64,000 bases of DNA from Podarcis gaigeae. Its lineage: Eukaryota. Of this stretch, positions 23,067-36,900 are shown in pieces. The translations under genes were made by a program, and so were the position numbers. The stretch lies in the NCBI GenBank assembly GCA_964106915.2, contig OZ066927.1, one strand, 5' to 3'. Numbering within the stretch: the stretch's first letter is position 1; each line of letters begins with the position of its first letter. The notes under the pieces were generated by a model, which had not been told where the DNA came from, did not search any database, and saw only the letters and a list, made by a program, of their open reading frames with translations.

Positions 23067-26000
23067 TCAGTTGGTGAGGGTAATCAGTGCTTCCACCACA
23101 TTCCCCATGTGTTCTCGCAAGCTGCGTTCTGCTGCTGCCCTGGATATTTCCATCTCGTTCATCTGTAAGGAAAAGAAGAAGATTCTTTACCAAGAGGAAA
23201 CAACTAAAATGGCCTGTAGTGACATCAGAAAGCAGCCTCTGTCAATGCTGAGCCATCACCCAAGCGGTCCAATCAACACTGCTAGACTCACAATCAACTC
23301 CAAATCTTCTTTCTTGATTGTGACTTTGGCCAGTTCTTTTTCCCTGAAGCGGAAGGAAAGAAAGAGGAATTAGGACTCTTATCCTGCTCCACTTTCTAGT
23401 AATATAATGCCACCCCGTCCCCACTCTAAGTGCTCTGATAGGGCAGAATAGGAACTACACATAATAAAAACACAGCTCTGGCTTTCTGCAACCAAGCACC
23501 GCTTCACTGGTGTGAAACAGCTCCCCCCATTAATGTCAAGTGCAGCAAAACAAGCCTAACACCTAAACAGTTTTAGAATATGGAAATGTGTCCTTAAACA
23601 GCAGTTTAGCATGTAGACACCATTTCACTGTGGTGTGATGTTCATAAAAAAACTGCTACCTCCAAGCTTGTCATGGTTTTTAATGTTTTAATGCTGTAAA
23701 TCCACCCTAGGAACTTCAGGTGAAGGGTTGATAATAAATTAGCGATAATAGTATGCATGCACATCTGGCTCTGAATTATGTTTACACATTCTGTGTCACC
23801 TCTGCAGCTCTGGTTGAAGCAAACAAGGCTGCTCTCCCTTAGCAGGAGATGTAAACAGGGCACTCACCGCTCCTGCTTTGCTTTTTGCTCTCTGGATCTT
23901 CGATCTCCAATCACTGACATTGCCTAAACAAGAGAAAGCAAATTAAACACACACCCTCAGACTTTAATAATAGCCAGACCAAAATCTTGTACCTTAAAGA
24001 GCAACCAAATTATCTCACAGTGGCACTGTGGGTTAAACCACAGAGCCTAGGACTTGCCAATCAAGGTCGGCAGTTCGAATCCCCGCGATGGGGTGAGCTC
24101 CCATTGTTTGGTCCCAGCTTCTGCCAACCTAGCAGTTCAAAAGCACCGTAAAGTGCAAGTAGATAAATAGGTACCGCTCCGGTGGGACGGTAAATGGCGT
24201 TTCCGTGCGCTGCTCTGGTTCGCCAGAAGTGGCTTAGTCATGCTGGCCACATGACCCGGAAGCTGTACGCTGGCTCCCTCGGCCAATAAAGCAAGATGAG
24301 CACCACAACCCCAGAGTCGGTCACGACTGGACCTAATAGTCAGGGGTCCCTTTACCTTTTATGAGCTTTTATGTAACACAAGTATAGAGAAAAAACAACC
24401 AGATGGCAGTGAAATTCAAAAAATGTAGACAAATGGCAATGAAGTACAGTTTACTTAATTTAATACACTTAACTGGGGTGATGATAGGCCTGGGTGATGT
24501 ATCACTACATTGCCCAGGACTGGTTTGAGGGCCAGAGTGCAATGGTGCCTTCACCTGGCAGTATATCAATGTTTGGTTGGTGATACATTGCGATATTGAA
24601 AAGCTGATCTCTCCCAGCCCTAGATGATGGAGCCCAAATAATTCTAGGTAGTCAAAATCAAGCAGTCTACGAAAACTCCAATCTATTCTTTTCTAATTGG
24701 GTGGATGGGCAACAGAATGGATGATGAGATTCAGTGCATGTCAATTCACAATGATACACTTTTGGGTAGAAGTCTGGCTGTGAACTACCCTGAAAATTAG
24801 GCTCCCTGTCACTGAAAAGACCTTGTGCTCCTGATCACTGAACCGCTGCTGTTGAGGTATGTAAAAAGAAATTGGTGCAGGGAGTTTCTAAGCTCAATGT
24901 GCACCTGAAAAAACACAAGTCTCATGGTTATGCAAAAGTTCCCTGTGGAAGAAATTTCCACACCTAGAAAATGTGGATATTCTACAATGCAAATTTGAAT
25001 TGTATTTTTTTAATGTTGACTGCAAGGAATGTTAGGGAAAGGGGTTGAAGCAGATGGTTCAGATAATAATTTGCTGGTGCATCAATTCCTTTTACACATC
25101 ACAGGTACTGTGTTAAGGCAGTCACAAGTACTGATTCACAAATAAAGCACAGGAGGGCTATTTTTAATCATTTATATTAAAATATTTTTCAAACCAGCTT
25201 ACAACAAGTAGTACAACAAAATACCAATTAAAAATAGTGTGAGAAGTATAAACAACAACAGCACTGAAACAAGCAAAATAAACTTCAAAACAGCAGGGAT
25301 CAAATCAAAAAGTCCTAGATTAAAATGACCATCCTTGAGAATGTTAAGGGAAAGGGTGTGGATCTCCCTAGGTAGAGAATTTCACAGCTGTGGTACCACC
25401 ATCAGGAAGCACAAGAGTTTCTCCTTGTTTCTCTTTGCAACAGCCTGATGGAATGGCAGCTGCTACATGGCAGATGCAGGAAGCAAGGCTGTTTCATCCT
25501 CTCTGGTAAGAGACCAGTGCCATTTACCTCTTTCTCTCTATCCCAGCTGATCATTATGAGTACTACTATGTAGAATTGGTGCCTACTTGTCTTCTTGCTT
25601 AATTTTATTCCTGTTTGCAATGTGCCTCTTAGACTGTAAACCTGCTGGCAAGGACATCCAACGAAACTACTGGGGCGGGGAGTCTCTTGTCTTAAACCTT
25701 GGGCAGGCTCACAGAAGTGAAAGCAACTCTTAAGAACAGAAGTAGGGAAAAACAATTTTCTCTGGTGGGCCAAATAAAAAAATGGCCACACTCACCCCAG
25801 CGTCTGCCTACCTGTCAATCACCTGATGCCATATGACATCGGGTGGATCTGAACCTGCCAGATATCTGCCATGCCCTCTTACAAATGCGATGGAAGAAAA
25901 GGCCCGCACAAGACTGGCATGAGGCGTTTTGCTGTCTGAGGAGGCGAAACAATGGGCTCCCACCCAGAGCACCTCGGGAAAGCCAAATAGTTCCAGCCCC

Positions 26001-26451
26001 AAAGACAAAGGACACCGCAAGCAAAAGTCCCCAAACCGGCAGTAAGAGAGAAATAGCAGCAAGGTGGCAGGGCAGGCGATGCTTGACACGGGCGGTCCAG
26101 CCATGCTTGCAGGGGCCTCGGGCAGCCTCCACACGTGCAGGGTTCCCCGTTCCCACGTACGGCGCTGGGGCTCCAAGGGGCCCTTCGGCAGCGGTCCAGT
26201 CCAGCCGGCTCCGCCCCGCCCGCAGTCACCATGACAACCAGAGCCCCCCAACGCGGCCAAACGCATGCGCTCATCACCGTTTCCAAGTTGGAGCTCTGGA
26301 TCTCTTTTTCCTCCGCGTAGTCGGTGACGCGCTCGAGGTCGGCCGCTCCGCTGTCGTGCTTCCGCGGCTTCTCGGCTGGTCGCTCTCCGCTGCCTGCCGA
26401 GCCATTGGGCTCCGCTTCTAACTCCAGCTCGACATCCCCTTCAGCCGCCAT
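23067..26451 (-). CDS. HYPK: Huntingtin-interacting protein K (NatA-associated), 4 exons
   Basis: Exons 26451-26278, 23923-23868, 23343-23292, 23162-23067. Protein MAAEGDVELELE..KHDSGAADLERVTDYAEEKEIQSSNLETAMSVIGDRRSREQKAKQEREKELAKVTIKKEDLELIMNEMEISRAAAERSLREHMGNVVEALITLTN. Minus-strand AATAAA at 22958-22963. Confidence 0.97.
24017..24360 (+). mobile_element. Sauria/Squam1-type SINE in HYPK intron 1
   Basis: gtggcactgtgggttaaaccacagagcctagg...ggggtccctttacctttt; near-identical to the copy at 35809-36159. Confidence 0.9.
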
Positions 26452-26454
26452 CGC

Positions 26455-26600
26455 TCCGTCTGCCTTCCGCACTCGTCACGTGGTAAGTCGCGCTTCCGGA
26501 AGCAGCGGGAAAAGGAGAAAGCGACACTAATATAGAGATCAGCGCAAGAGCCTAGAGCGCCAATACCCGACGCTACCATAGAGAGTGGAATGTAGACTGG
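26455..26600 (-). promoter_or_regulatory. HYPK promoter/5'UTR
   Basis: CpG-rich; GTCACGTGG E-box (about 26475) and CTTCCGGAAG palindromic ETS site (about 26493-26502). Confidence 0.55.
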
Positions 26601-26977
26601 CGAGCCAAACATCTGCAGGTGGAGCTTCCAGGTTCCTTTTGACCTTCTTGCCCCCACCCCAATAGCTGCTCAGAGAAAGCACTATAGAAACCTAGCAGTT
26701 ATAAATAGGCGTGGTGGGCGGAGGACAGAAAACAGAACGAGAGCAACAAAAGCAAAGGGCTCTACTCCTTTGGAGTTCTCATAGGAAAAATGTGGCTTTC
26801 ACAAGATTTTCAAACACTAAAAAGTACCGTGTCAGTGCAGCCCATTGTCTCTTTATTGTGTGGGGAACCGTGGCTGAGAATGACATTCCTGCAGTGTAGA
26901 CTACTGCAATGTATGCTGTACCTTAGATTGCAGGTATTGAACAACAACCCTGCAATGTAGCTCAGGATTATTTCTTC

Positions 26978-26978
26978 A

Positions 26979-27015
<37 letters not shown>
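26978..27015. repeat. (TTA)n microsatellite
   Basis: About 12 perfect TTA units. Confidence 0.95.
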
Positions 27016-27018
<3 letters not shown>

Positions 27019-28633
27019 TCTCTTGGTAGTTTTTATTTAAAGAAAATGCAGATTTAGCAACTGTGGAATTGATCACAGGAATGGCCCTGAGGGAAGAGGT
27101 GAATCACTGTTCCCACATTTTTGCAACAAAATCCTTCCCACTTCCTATATTTTATCTTGCAAGGAGAAAGCAACTGTGAGAGTGATTTTGATAGCAAAAC
27201 AGAGCTAGAGAGAAAGCCTTCACCCCTGGCTCCCCTGGGATCATGTTTGCAAATCTTCTCTGAGTTAAACACGTGCTTTCTTTGAGCACCTCATTACTAA
27301 CTGCTTTCCCCTTTGCACCTTGTTCCCCACCCCTGATATCCCGTGAGATTGGAGGAAAGGTCAAGCTAGTTCCTTGACCCTCCTCCTTGCAGCCCAAATC
27401 CAGAAGCCAACTGTATGCTATTCATCCAATGGACAGTCATTTTTAAATGCTTACAAACTAAAGCTAAAATAAACAGCACCCCATTTATTGGAAACAAGAC
27501 TGAAAGAGCAGACAAGCCTCCATTTTCTGGGAAGGGGACACAAACATTGCTGCCCAGTTCCAGCTATGATAAAAGCCTGGATTTTTGTATTGCTGCTCAC
27601 ATTTTTGTCCAGGGCCCCCCAAAAAGAAACAGTCAGCATTTAACCCTGAAACTGAACAACCTGCATCAGTCTAAATGTTAGGGACAGGTATTTCTATACA
27701 CCAGTTATGGCGGGCAGCAGGCATGGAGATAAACTGCCACATACTTCCAAACACAACGTTAAGAAAAAGCAAAGTGTCTTGTGCCACCTTAAAAATTAAC
27801 CAGTGTAAGCCTTTGTGGGCCTACAGGTCATGTCATCAGTGTTGTCCTGAGTTACCTTGGAAGGGCAAGCATGTGGGTGGAATTGTAAACAGTGAGGTCA
27901 AAAGGAAAAGCAGAAAAGTACACATGGTGGACCTCTTGTGGATGTGGACTGAAAGTCCATCTAGTCTAGAATCCTGTTCTCACAGTGACCAACCAGATGT
28001 CCCTATAGGAAGCCTACAAGCAGGGCCAGAGTGCAATAGCAGCACTCTCTGCATTTGTGATTCCTATGAACTGGCATTCAGAGGCATATAAGAGAGTACA
28101 GGTAGAACACAACTATTGTGGCTAGTAGCCATTGTTAGCTTTTTCCTTTTTTAATTTATCCAATAATTTTATTTTAAAGCTATCCACATTGGTGGTCATC
28201 ATTACATATTGTGGTAGCAAATACCGTCATTAAACTATCCACAGTGTGAAGTGCTTCTCTTTGTCTCTCCTGAATCTCCCACCATCCAGTTCCATTGGAC
28301 GGGCCCCAGTGAGCTCTTAGTATTACGAGACAGAGAGAAAATATCTATCTGCTTTCTTCACAGGACAGCAGGCCTGGAAAGAATAAGAGGCAGAGTGTGG
28401 GTAAGGTGGGATGTGCCTAATGTCACAGGGGAGGCAGTGTTTGTTAGGTGGAGGGAATTATTATGCCATAGCAGAGAGCTGAGAGATTAGGCAGTTCATG
28501 GGGAAGGAAAGATCAGAGGGTGTGGTAGTGGCTGGGTGAGGACAGATCCCAGGGGAAAGCAGGCTGAGCCTTTCAGTGGTACCTGGGGCCTCTCCGTAGC
28601 ACATCAATGGGAAGGGCACAGGAAGGGAGTCCG

Positions 28634-29028
28634 CAGAGCCATCTTTCCCATAGGGCTTAGTGGTGTGTCGCGCCAGGGCGCCAGCCACTCAGGGGTGCCC
28701 CAGCAAGTGGGGGAGCTGCGCGGCTTTGCCAGCAGCCTCCCCTTTTCCTGAATGCCCACTAGCTGTGCCCCGCCAACCATAAGGCTGGCGGGCATGCAGC
28801 TTCCCTCCCAAGCCTCCTTAGGAGGAGAGTGATCCCCGCAGAGGCTTAGGATGGAAGCTGTGCCCCACCAACCATATCGCTCTCCCGCAGCGGCATGGGG
28901 GAGAGTTGTGCCCCCCCCCGATGGCTGGCAGTGCGCAGCTACGGCCACCCCAACACTATCCATGGTAATTTGGGGGGTGCTGGGCGGATATTTGCACCCC
29001 AGCGCCGCATCTGCTAAAGACGGCCCTG
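28634..29028. mobile_element. Non-autonomous hAT-type DNA transposon (MITE)
   Basis: Terminal inverted repeats CAGAGCCATCTTT / AAAGACGGCCCTG; 8-bp target duplication GGAGTCCG / GGAGTCAG. Confidence 0.75.
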
Positions 29029-29357
29029 GGAGTCAGATACCCACCCACACTTCCTTGCAACAGCTAGGGTGTGGAAATCATTCTCTAGGACTGGATAAGC
29101 AGGATGATAGAGCAATTGTCATTCTTGTGGCCTCCCCACCTTGTTTCACAGGGATTAGACATCTGGCAAATCCCCAAATGTCAGGTTCTCACCTGTTTGT
29201 CTTCAAGGTGACCCAAGCCTGTTTGTTGCTTTAGAGTTGTTTGTATCATTAATTATTATATTTATTTATATCCTGCATTTGCCCCCGACCAGGATTCAAG
29301 GTGACTTGCACAAATTAATACAACACAGGTAAAATACAGAAAGCTAAAAATATATAC

Positions 29358-29505
29358 GCCCTGATTGCTTAGTTGGTTAGAATTTGGTGCGAATAATGCC
29401 AAGGTTGCAGGTTTGATCCTTGTATGGAACAGCTGCATATTCCAGCATTGCAGGGGGTTGGGCAAGATAATCCTCATGGTCCCTTCCAATTCTACAATTC
29501 TATGA
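29358..29505 (+). mobile_element. tRNA-headed SINE with CR1-like tail
   Basis: tRNA-like head (gcttagttggttaga...ggttgcaggtttgatcc) and tail ggtcccttccaattctacaattctatga; reversed relative at about 46770-46895. Confidence 0.65.
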
Positions 29506-29599
29506 TCATCATTAAAAAGCAACTAAACTCCAATAGAAGTAAAACAATATAAAGAACAAAACTATTAATAAAAACAGTAAAAATAAACAACGGTATTAA

Positions 29600-30420
29600 A
29601 AGACCTTTCCTTCAAAACCCCCACAAAACAAGTCAGTTCCCCAAGGCCTGTCGGAATAAAACAGTCTTCACCTGCTGGCAAAGGAAAAGGTGGGAGCCAT
29701 TCTAGCTTCTCCAGGAAGTTCATGGGAGCAGCCATCAAGAAGGCTCTGTGTTGCCACAAAGCATGCCTGTGAGGTTGGCAGGACTGAGAGAAGGGTCTTC
29801 CCTGAAGGCCTCGGAGCACAGGCAGGTTTGTATGGAAGAATATGGTCTTTCAAATAGGGCTTTATTGGTCACAAGCAACACTTTGAATTGTGCCTGGAAA
29901 CAAAATGGTAACCAGCGGAGCTGTTGCAACAAGGGAGTCATATGGTTCCTATAACCTGCCCCAGTCAACAGTCTATCAGGGGTCAGCAAACCTTTTCAGC
30001 GGGGGGGCGGTCCACTGTCTCTCAGACCTTGTGGGGGACCAGACTATATTTTTGCGGGGGAAATGAACGAATTTCTATGCTCCACAAATAACCCAGAGAT
30101 GCATTTTAAATAAAAGCACACATTCTACTCATGTAAAAACACCAGGCAGGCCCCACAAATAACCCAGAGTTGCATTTTAAATAAAAGGACACATTCTACT
30201 AAGTAAAACCGGCTGATTCCCAGACCGTCTGCAGGCCGGATTTAGAAGGCAATTGGCCAGATCTGGCCCCTGGGCCTTAGTTTGCCTATCCATGGTCTAG
30301 CTTCACCATTTTGGACCAGTTGAAGTTTCTGGGCACTTTTCAAAGGCAGCCCCACACAGGGTATGTTAACAGTAATCCAAACAGGATGCAACTGAAGTGT
30401 GCGCCACTATGGCCAGATCA
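29600..30420 (-). mobile_element. L2/CR1-clade LINE ORF2 3' fragment, interrupted by a MITE
   Basis: Minus-strand peptide RNHMTPLLQQLRWLPFCFQAQFKVLLVTNKAL is typical of the L2 ORF2 C-terminus. Confidence 0.7.
29977..30294. mobile_element. hAT-like MITE nested in the L2 fragment
   Basis: Ends CAGGGGTCAGCAAAC / GTTTGCCTATCCATG; internal direct repeat of about 58 bp (about 30081-30140 and 30151-30208). Confidence 0.7.
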
Positions 30421-30814
30421 GTTTTAGTTCCCCGATGGAAGCCCTGCCCAGTCTCTGGCAGCCAAAAGAGGCCAGTAGTCCTGCATGGCTGAAGGCTGGT
30501 GGAGTCCTCTGCCTGCCTGCCTACCTGCCTGCCACCCTCCCTGCCCTTGGAGCAGGTTCACAGAGCCTCCCTTGCCTGGCAAGGCCCTGGTGAGGGAGCC
30601 TCTGTGGCTGCTACTTTGCTCCCTGGGGGGACCTGAGGTGAGAAGGCTCCTGTCCCTTCCATCTTGCAACAACAGCCTGAGATTCACCTAACCCAACGGA
30701 ACGGCTAAGCTCTCTATTTCTGCCGGGTAAGAGGGTTAAAGAGGCAGATTTGGCTCCTGACATAATCAGGCAGAAAGGCAAGTGGAGGGGAAAGGAGCAC
30801 CATCCCCCCACCCC

Positions 30815-30900
30815 AGGAAGGCCAATCGCTGGTCCCAAGGATCAAAGGTGGAGGCAGCGGGTTGCCAGTTGGCCAATCTCAGCCTCTCAGCTAATTGGCT
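30815..30900 (+). promoter_or_regulatory. Putative SERINC4 promoter (CCAAT boxes)
   Basis: GCCAATC at about 30821, GGCCAATC at about 30871 and ATTGG at about 30894, directly upstream of the predicted first exon. Confidence 0.5.
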
Positions 30901-30993
30901 TTCTCTCTGCAACCGCTTTCTGGAGAGCAGGCTCCACCTGGTCCCAGGGATGTGCTGCTGAGCAAAGGGCTGGGCCCACGGAGCCAGGAGCGG

Positions 30994-33900
30994 ATGACTG
31001 GGGGACGAGGGCAGGACGTCCAGCCGTTCCCTTGGGGAGCTGGGGGCACCGGGAACAGAGGAGGAGGGATGGTGCCAGGCTACTGCAAGGCCCAGGTAAG
31101 CAGAGGGGAGGCTTCAAGACTTGTCAGCTCTGGGGTCTGGCCAAGGGCTGGCCCAAGAGGCCCCCAAGGGAGGGAACAGCCAGAACAGGCGATGCCAGCT
31201 TGAACACGAGCTGCTTCTTCTACCCCTGGGCCACACTGACTGGCAGCACCTCACCAGGGTATCAGACAGGGGGCATTCCTAGCCTTTCCTGGAGATGCCG
31301 TGGGTATCAAACCAAGGACCTTCTGCATGCCAAGCAGGTGCTCTGCCACTGAGCCACAGTGGACCTTCTGCTGTGCCTGCAAGGCCCAAACTCAGGCCAG
31401 AGTACCAGCAACCTCTCCTCAGGCGAGGAAGCCTCTAGCCACAGCCAACGTTGGGGAAAGCAAACTAGCCATTTGCCCAGCAGCCCACTTGGCCCTTGCC
31501 CTCAGCTCCAGGACCAGGGAAGGATCAGGCCTCCCACGGAGGTTCAGAGGATAAAGGCTTGTGAGCCTCAGCCTTGACAATCAACACAATTAAATGAAAG
31601 ATAATTGGACTCCAATGAGAAAAAAGCACACATGCAGAGGGTTCTTGGGATGATGCATGTGTGGCCGGGGGGGAGGGGGTTGGGTCGCCCTTCTTGCCTT
31701 GTTCACACAGTCTGCCCAGCACTGTTCCCCAGTGCTCAGGGGGACTTCCAGAAGGGGTTTTCTGTTGCAAACAGGTCCTGCAGGGCTGGTTTTCAGATGC
31801 ATGCAGTTGGCACGTGGCCTTCCACACATCTTGTTTATTCAACCGTGGATTTTCACTGTTACCCCGCTTGCCATCCACATCAGAGGGTGGAGCCTGGCAG
31901 AATTAATTCAGTTGGTGGCTTTTTTGCCCCTCCTCTGTATCGCTGACAGCACAGAAGGAGGCATAGCTGTCAACCTTCCCTTTTTTGCGGGAATTTCCCT
32001 TATTCCAGCGTCGTTTCCCACTGCTATCCTGGATTGTTAGATATCCCGTAGACAGGTGAGGCTGCTAATCCCTTATTTTCAAATCTGAAAGTTGACAGCT
32101 ATGAGAAGAAGGCAAGAGGGCAAACTTGGCTAGCCCAGTTAGTTGTCGTGTTTCACAAAGCACAAACTGGGGGCCTGTTGGCAGAAGGGGGAGCGATATC
32201 TCTTGGTTCTTTTTTTAATACTTGGGGAAGTGCTATATTGATCTGCTGTTTGGTTTTGTGTGGCTGGGACCAAGTAGCAGTATTTTTTTAAAAAATATGG
32301 CTAATCTTATCTATACAATCCTGTAACCATTAACAGGACAGCTATGCAGTCTCTTCCCCCATCCCTCCCAAAGTGCAACATCAATGAAAGACTGAAGTTC
32401 TTTTTTAAAAAAATAAATTTTATTGGTTTTACAAAAATTTTAAAATTCATTATATATCATCTCCTAGAATTCCTTTATCTTTTTACAATTCCACCACATA
32501 TAATAAAAGGTGCTATGACTGAAGTTCTAAGGAGGAGGTTTTGTGCATGAAATTCAGATTAAACTTTTTAAAAGAGAAAGTCTGGTGTATGTACTGTGAT
32601 TAGTCTGAAGAGGTAATTCCCCACAATGACTTGATATCACAAGTTCCTCTCATCAGGCCGCTGAAATTCAAATGCACCTTCAGCATTGTAGTCATTACTG
32701 GGAATGAACATCTTCTGTCTGTTACTGGTGTATCTGGAACAAAATAGCTTAACTTGTGCTCTGGAGAGGAGCTGATGAATGCAGGGTTTATGTGTGTGAT
32801 AGAGGCCACCCACCAAAACATCAGTCAGCACCACACACATGAGAAACTACCCCTCCCCACCCTTCAAAAAAAAAAACCCACAACAACTCTGTGCCAAGAA
32901 ATTTCCACACCAGACAGAGACAGCGGATGTTTAACAGGCTGTTTCTACTTATCGGATTTCCCAGAGGAAGGGGAAATCCGGATTAAATTTAAATTTAAAA
33001 AATGTGGGCTGGGATTTTGATGGTGGTGATGTTGTATAAACAATTTAGAAAACTTGTGTGCCTGAGCAGCATCGTTTTCCATAATGAATTCCTGCCTGGA
33101 AGGAGCCTCCATAGGGATGCTACCCCATAACCTGGTGCCAGCTCTTGCCTCTAGAAGCTCAGGATTCATGCACTCATCCATCTGCTTTCTAAACTGATAC
33201 ACTTTTCTCCTCTGACATGTTCCTTGGACCCTCCCCTTCCAGGTATCTACAATCCCTTCCTCATAGGAGCTGTCTTGATTCCTTTTGCAGTCACAATATC
33301 AAGGCCAGAGACAGTCCTGGGTGCTTTTGCAGGTCGTTAGCCTCCCAGGAATGGGACATGAGCACCTTCTTTGTGTTGAGTAGCTTCTTGGAAGCAGAGC
33401 GCCAGTTTCCCTCTAGGTGTGGCACCCCTGCCTCTCTTTTAGCAGGAATCCAAGTGGGTGTTTCTCTAAGATGCCAGTTGGTGCCTGGAGGGGTCCTCTC
33501 CATAAAATCTCCTTAAGCTGATGGGCAGCAGTTTCAGGCCCCTGGCTCTGGGCACATGGAGAATTAAGCTCCCCATCTTGAGGTGATATCCCAGTTGGTT
33601 TGAGGAACACATTCCATTCAAACTCTTTCCCAGGTGTGCTTCTTGACCGAGGAGGGTGAAAGGTGTTCAAGGAGCTTCCTGAGGCAGGCCAAAAATGTGG
33701 CCAACTAGCAAAGGTGGTCCCCTACCTTGCAATGCATCCCTAACTTCATTGGCCCAACTGCAGATCATGGGGAGGGGCTCTGCCCAGCTCAGGTGGGAGG
33801 AGGGGATGGATGCTGTGCCTGTGTCAATTAGGAGTGACTCTAATCCCTCTCTAAGGTTCTTGGTGGTCAGATGGACTCTGAGAACACAGCTGGGCAGGAT

Positions 33901-36900
33901 GCTCAGGTGCAGAGCTAGGAGTGGGTGGGAGGCTTTGGCTGGCTCCTCTTTGGGGCCATTCCCTTATGGGATCCAAGTGTTGCTGTGCTAGACCCAGAGA
34001 AAGAATAAGAAATGCAACAGCTGCAGAACTGGTCAGAAGCAGCAGACAGAGAACTCAGTGACGCAGGAGCTTTGGAGTCTCTGGAAAGTGGGCTAATGAG
34101 AAGGTTGTTGGCATCCAAAGGTGTCCTGCAGAGTGATAATAAGGCAATGCAAGCAAGTTAAAACAATGAGCCTTAGGAGTGTCAGGAGCCATCTTCTACT
34201 GAATCAGACTATCCAGCTCAGCACTGTCTACACTGGCTGGCAGCAATAGCTCTCCAGTCTTCATTCATCGGCCTTCCCAGCCGTACCTGGAGAAGCTGCT
34301 TGAGATTGAACCTGGAACCTTCTACATGCCAAGCAGATGCTCTGCCATCGAGCCACAGCCCTTCCTGGTCTTAAAGTGTGCCATTCGGCAGTGATCCCTG
34401 CTTGGTATACAAACTCATCTTCCTGTATGTGCTCATTGAGATTTACCTTTAAAGTATTGCACTGTCAGTTGGACTTATTGACAGTGCCAGAGCAATCCTC
34501 CTGGGCACACGTGAACTCCAGATTACAGGGAAGCCTGTGGAGTCAGCCTGGCAAGCCCATCTCTGCTCACAGATCGGTGCCTATTATGCTACTTCCATAG
34601 CAGACTGCTCAGCTGGCACGTCTCAGTGACAGGAATGTGCCCTCCCTTTCTAACCTATTGTGTGTTCCACAGTCTCAGGATGGGTGGCACAAAACCCTCT
34701 GAGGGCACAGAAACATTGCAACCCACGGCTGGTTTTCCCACAAGGGAGAAACCATGCATGAATTGTTTTCTTTATTAACTGCAATTGTATAACTGTTCCA
34801 TAAGAGGAGCTGCTCTAAAGTACAGTGTAGAACAGCAAAAAAAAATTACCATTAAGAACTAAAACACCATCTTAGAAATTCTGTGTCACTGCCAGTTCTT
34901 GACCCACAGCTGGCCCCATGAGCTGGGTAGCTTGTTTTGCATATTCTGTCCTTCTGTCCGGCTGAACCAGAGACTGGTGGGTTGGTGGAAGCACGTTGGA
35001 CCCTGAATTTGACACCTGCCCCTCTCCAGCAGCAACAGATGGCACCTGAGCTTCCTAATCCCCTTAATCCCACCTCTTGCAGGCTGTGCCCCTCACTCAC
35101 TGCTCAAGGACCTGCTCAGGGACAGCCTTGTGGGTGGGCCAAGCCTAGGGAGTGACCCAGGACAATCTGGCTGCCCAGCCCCTCATCCATGCAGGCAACA
35201 GACCCCAGCTGCTTTCTGCTGGCAGAGGCTTGGGGTGAAAGGTCCAGTGAGATGGAAGAGGCAGGGAGTCCAGCTTATTGTGGGTAGGGAGGCAGAGGGT
35301 TGCTGGGCATGCAGAGAGGGCCTAAGTAGGTAACACTCAACTTCCCTCTCCCCTGCTCAGATTTGCTGCTGCTGCGGCCCAGCCCCTTGCACCTTGTGCT
35401 GCCCCTGCTGCCCCGGCATCAAGGTCTCGACAGGGACCCGGCTCCTCTACATGCTCTTCCACATCCTGGCCTGTGCCAGCTGCTGCTTCATGCTCTCCCG
35501 CACTGTGGCCGAAGCCATCAAGGAGAACGTGAGTGAGTGAGTGAGAAGCCACTGCCACCGCCATTGGGAGCCTCCTCCACCTGCACCTGGAGACTCATTG
35601 GGGCGGGGGGGGGGAGGGAGGACAACTGGCCACTATTCTGAGAAAATAATCTCCAAGTGGCAGGGAGGGGCTGAAATGACCAGCTTCCTCTTATTAATTC
35701 ACTTCCCTTTTTAAAATGCTATTACTCTAGTTCCATTTAAAAAGAGAAGAAAACAGAGGGTGGGCTCTGCAAAGCAAACATTTTAATTCCACACTAAATA
35801 GTGGCACAGGGACACGGGTGGCGCTGTGGGTTAAACCACAGAGCCTAGGACTTGCCGATCAGAAGGTTGGTGGTTCGAATCCTTGTGACGGGGTGAGCTC
35901 CTGTTGCTCGGTCCCTGCTCCTGCCAACCTAGCAGTTCGAAAGCACGTCAAAGTGCAAGTAGATAAACAGGTACCGCTCTGGCGGGAAGGTAAACGGCAT
36001 TTCCGTGCACTGCTCTGGTTCGCCAGAAGCAGCTTAGTCATGCTGGCTACGTGACCCGGAAGCTGTACACCGGCTCCCCCGGCCAGTAAAGCGAGATGAG
36101 CGCCGCAACCCCAGAGTCGGCCACGACTGGACCTAATGGTCAGGGGTCCCTTTACCTTTTAAATTGCGGCACAATGGTTAGCATGTTGGACTCGGACCAG
36201 GAATACAAGGGTTCAAATCCCTACTTGGCCATGAAGCTCACTGGGTATGATTTGGGGGGGGGGCAGTCCCCACATCTCAGCCTATCTTCCCTCGCAGGGT
36301 TTTTGTGGGGATTAAAAGAGATGGGAAATAGTCATGCATGTTGCCTTGAGCTCCTTGGAGTGGCACAAAGTGGGATATAAATGCAATCAATCAATCAATC
36401 AAGGGTTCCAGTGTGGAAGTTCTGGCAATGCTTCCCCCCACCCCGGGTCTCTCTCCCTTCCTCCCACAGGTGCCTTTCTATGCAGTGCTGTGTGAACACC
36501 TTCCTGGGGGCAGTGACTGTGACATCCTGGTGGGCTACTCAGCCGTCTACAGGGTCTGCTTTGGCACTGCCTGCTTCTACCTGGGCCAGGCAGCCTTCTT
36601 GGTCAACATCAAGTCCAGCAGCAACGTCCGCGCCCTCTTGCACAATGGGTGAGGAGAAGGGAGGTCCTGACCCAGACCTGGACTGTTACGGAGGAGCAGG
36701 CAGAGGAAGCCACAGGCTCGTCCATCCAAGGGCCACCCTGGTTATTCACCGCCTCTTTGGGGTCTGTTGCAGGTTCTGGTTCCTGAAGCTCCTCATCCTT
36801 GTGGGGCTCTGCGCAGCCGCCTTCTTCATCCAAGACCAGCGCTTCCTCCGAGGTAAGGAAAATAGAAGAGCAGCCCACTTGGCTGCTGGATCAGGCTGGT

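Noticed and set aside
29358-29430. tRNA-like sequences (also about 19740-19808, 36165-36230, 49470-49545)
   Set aside because: Degenerate cloverleafs joined to SINE bodies; these are SINE heads, not tRNA genes.
30081-30208. Direct repeats that might suggest an array (also short duplications at about 3990-4030, 12340-12370, 41341-41372, 47470-47506, 59247-59293)
   Set aside because: Two-copy local duplications or MITE-internal repeats; no repeat-spacer periodicity, and a CRISPR array is not expected in vertebrate DNA.
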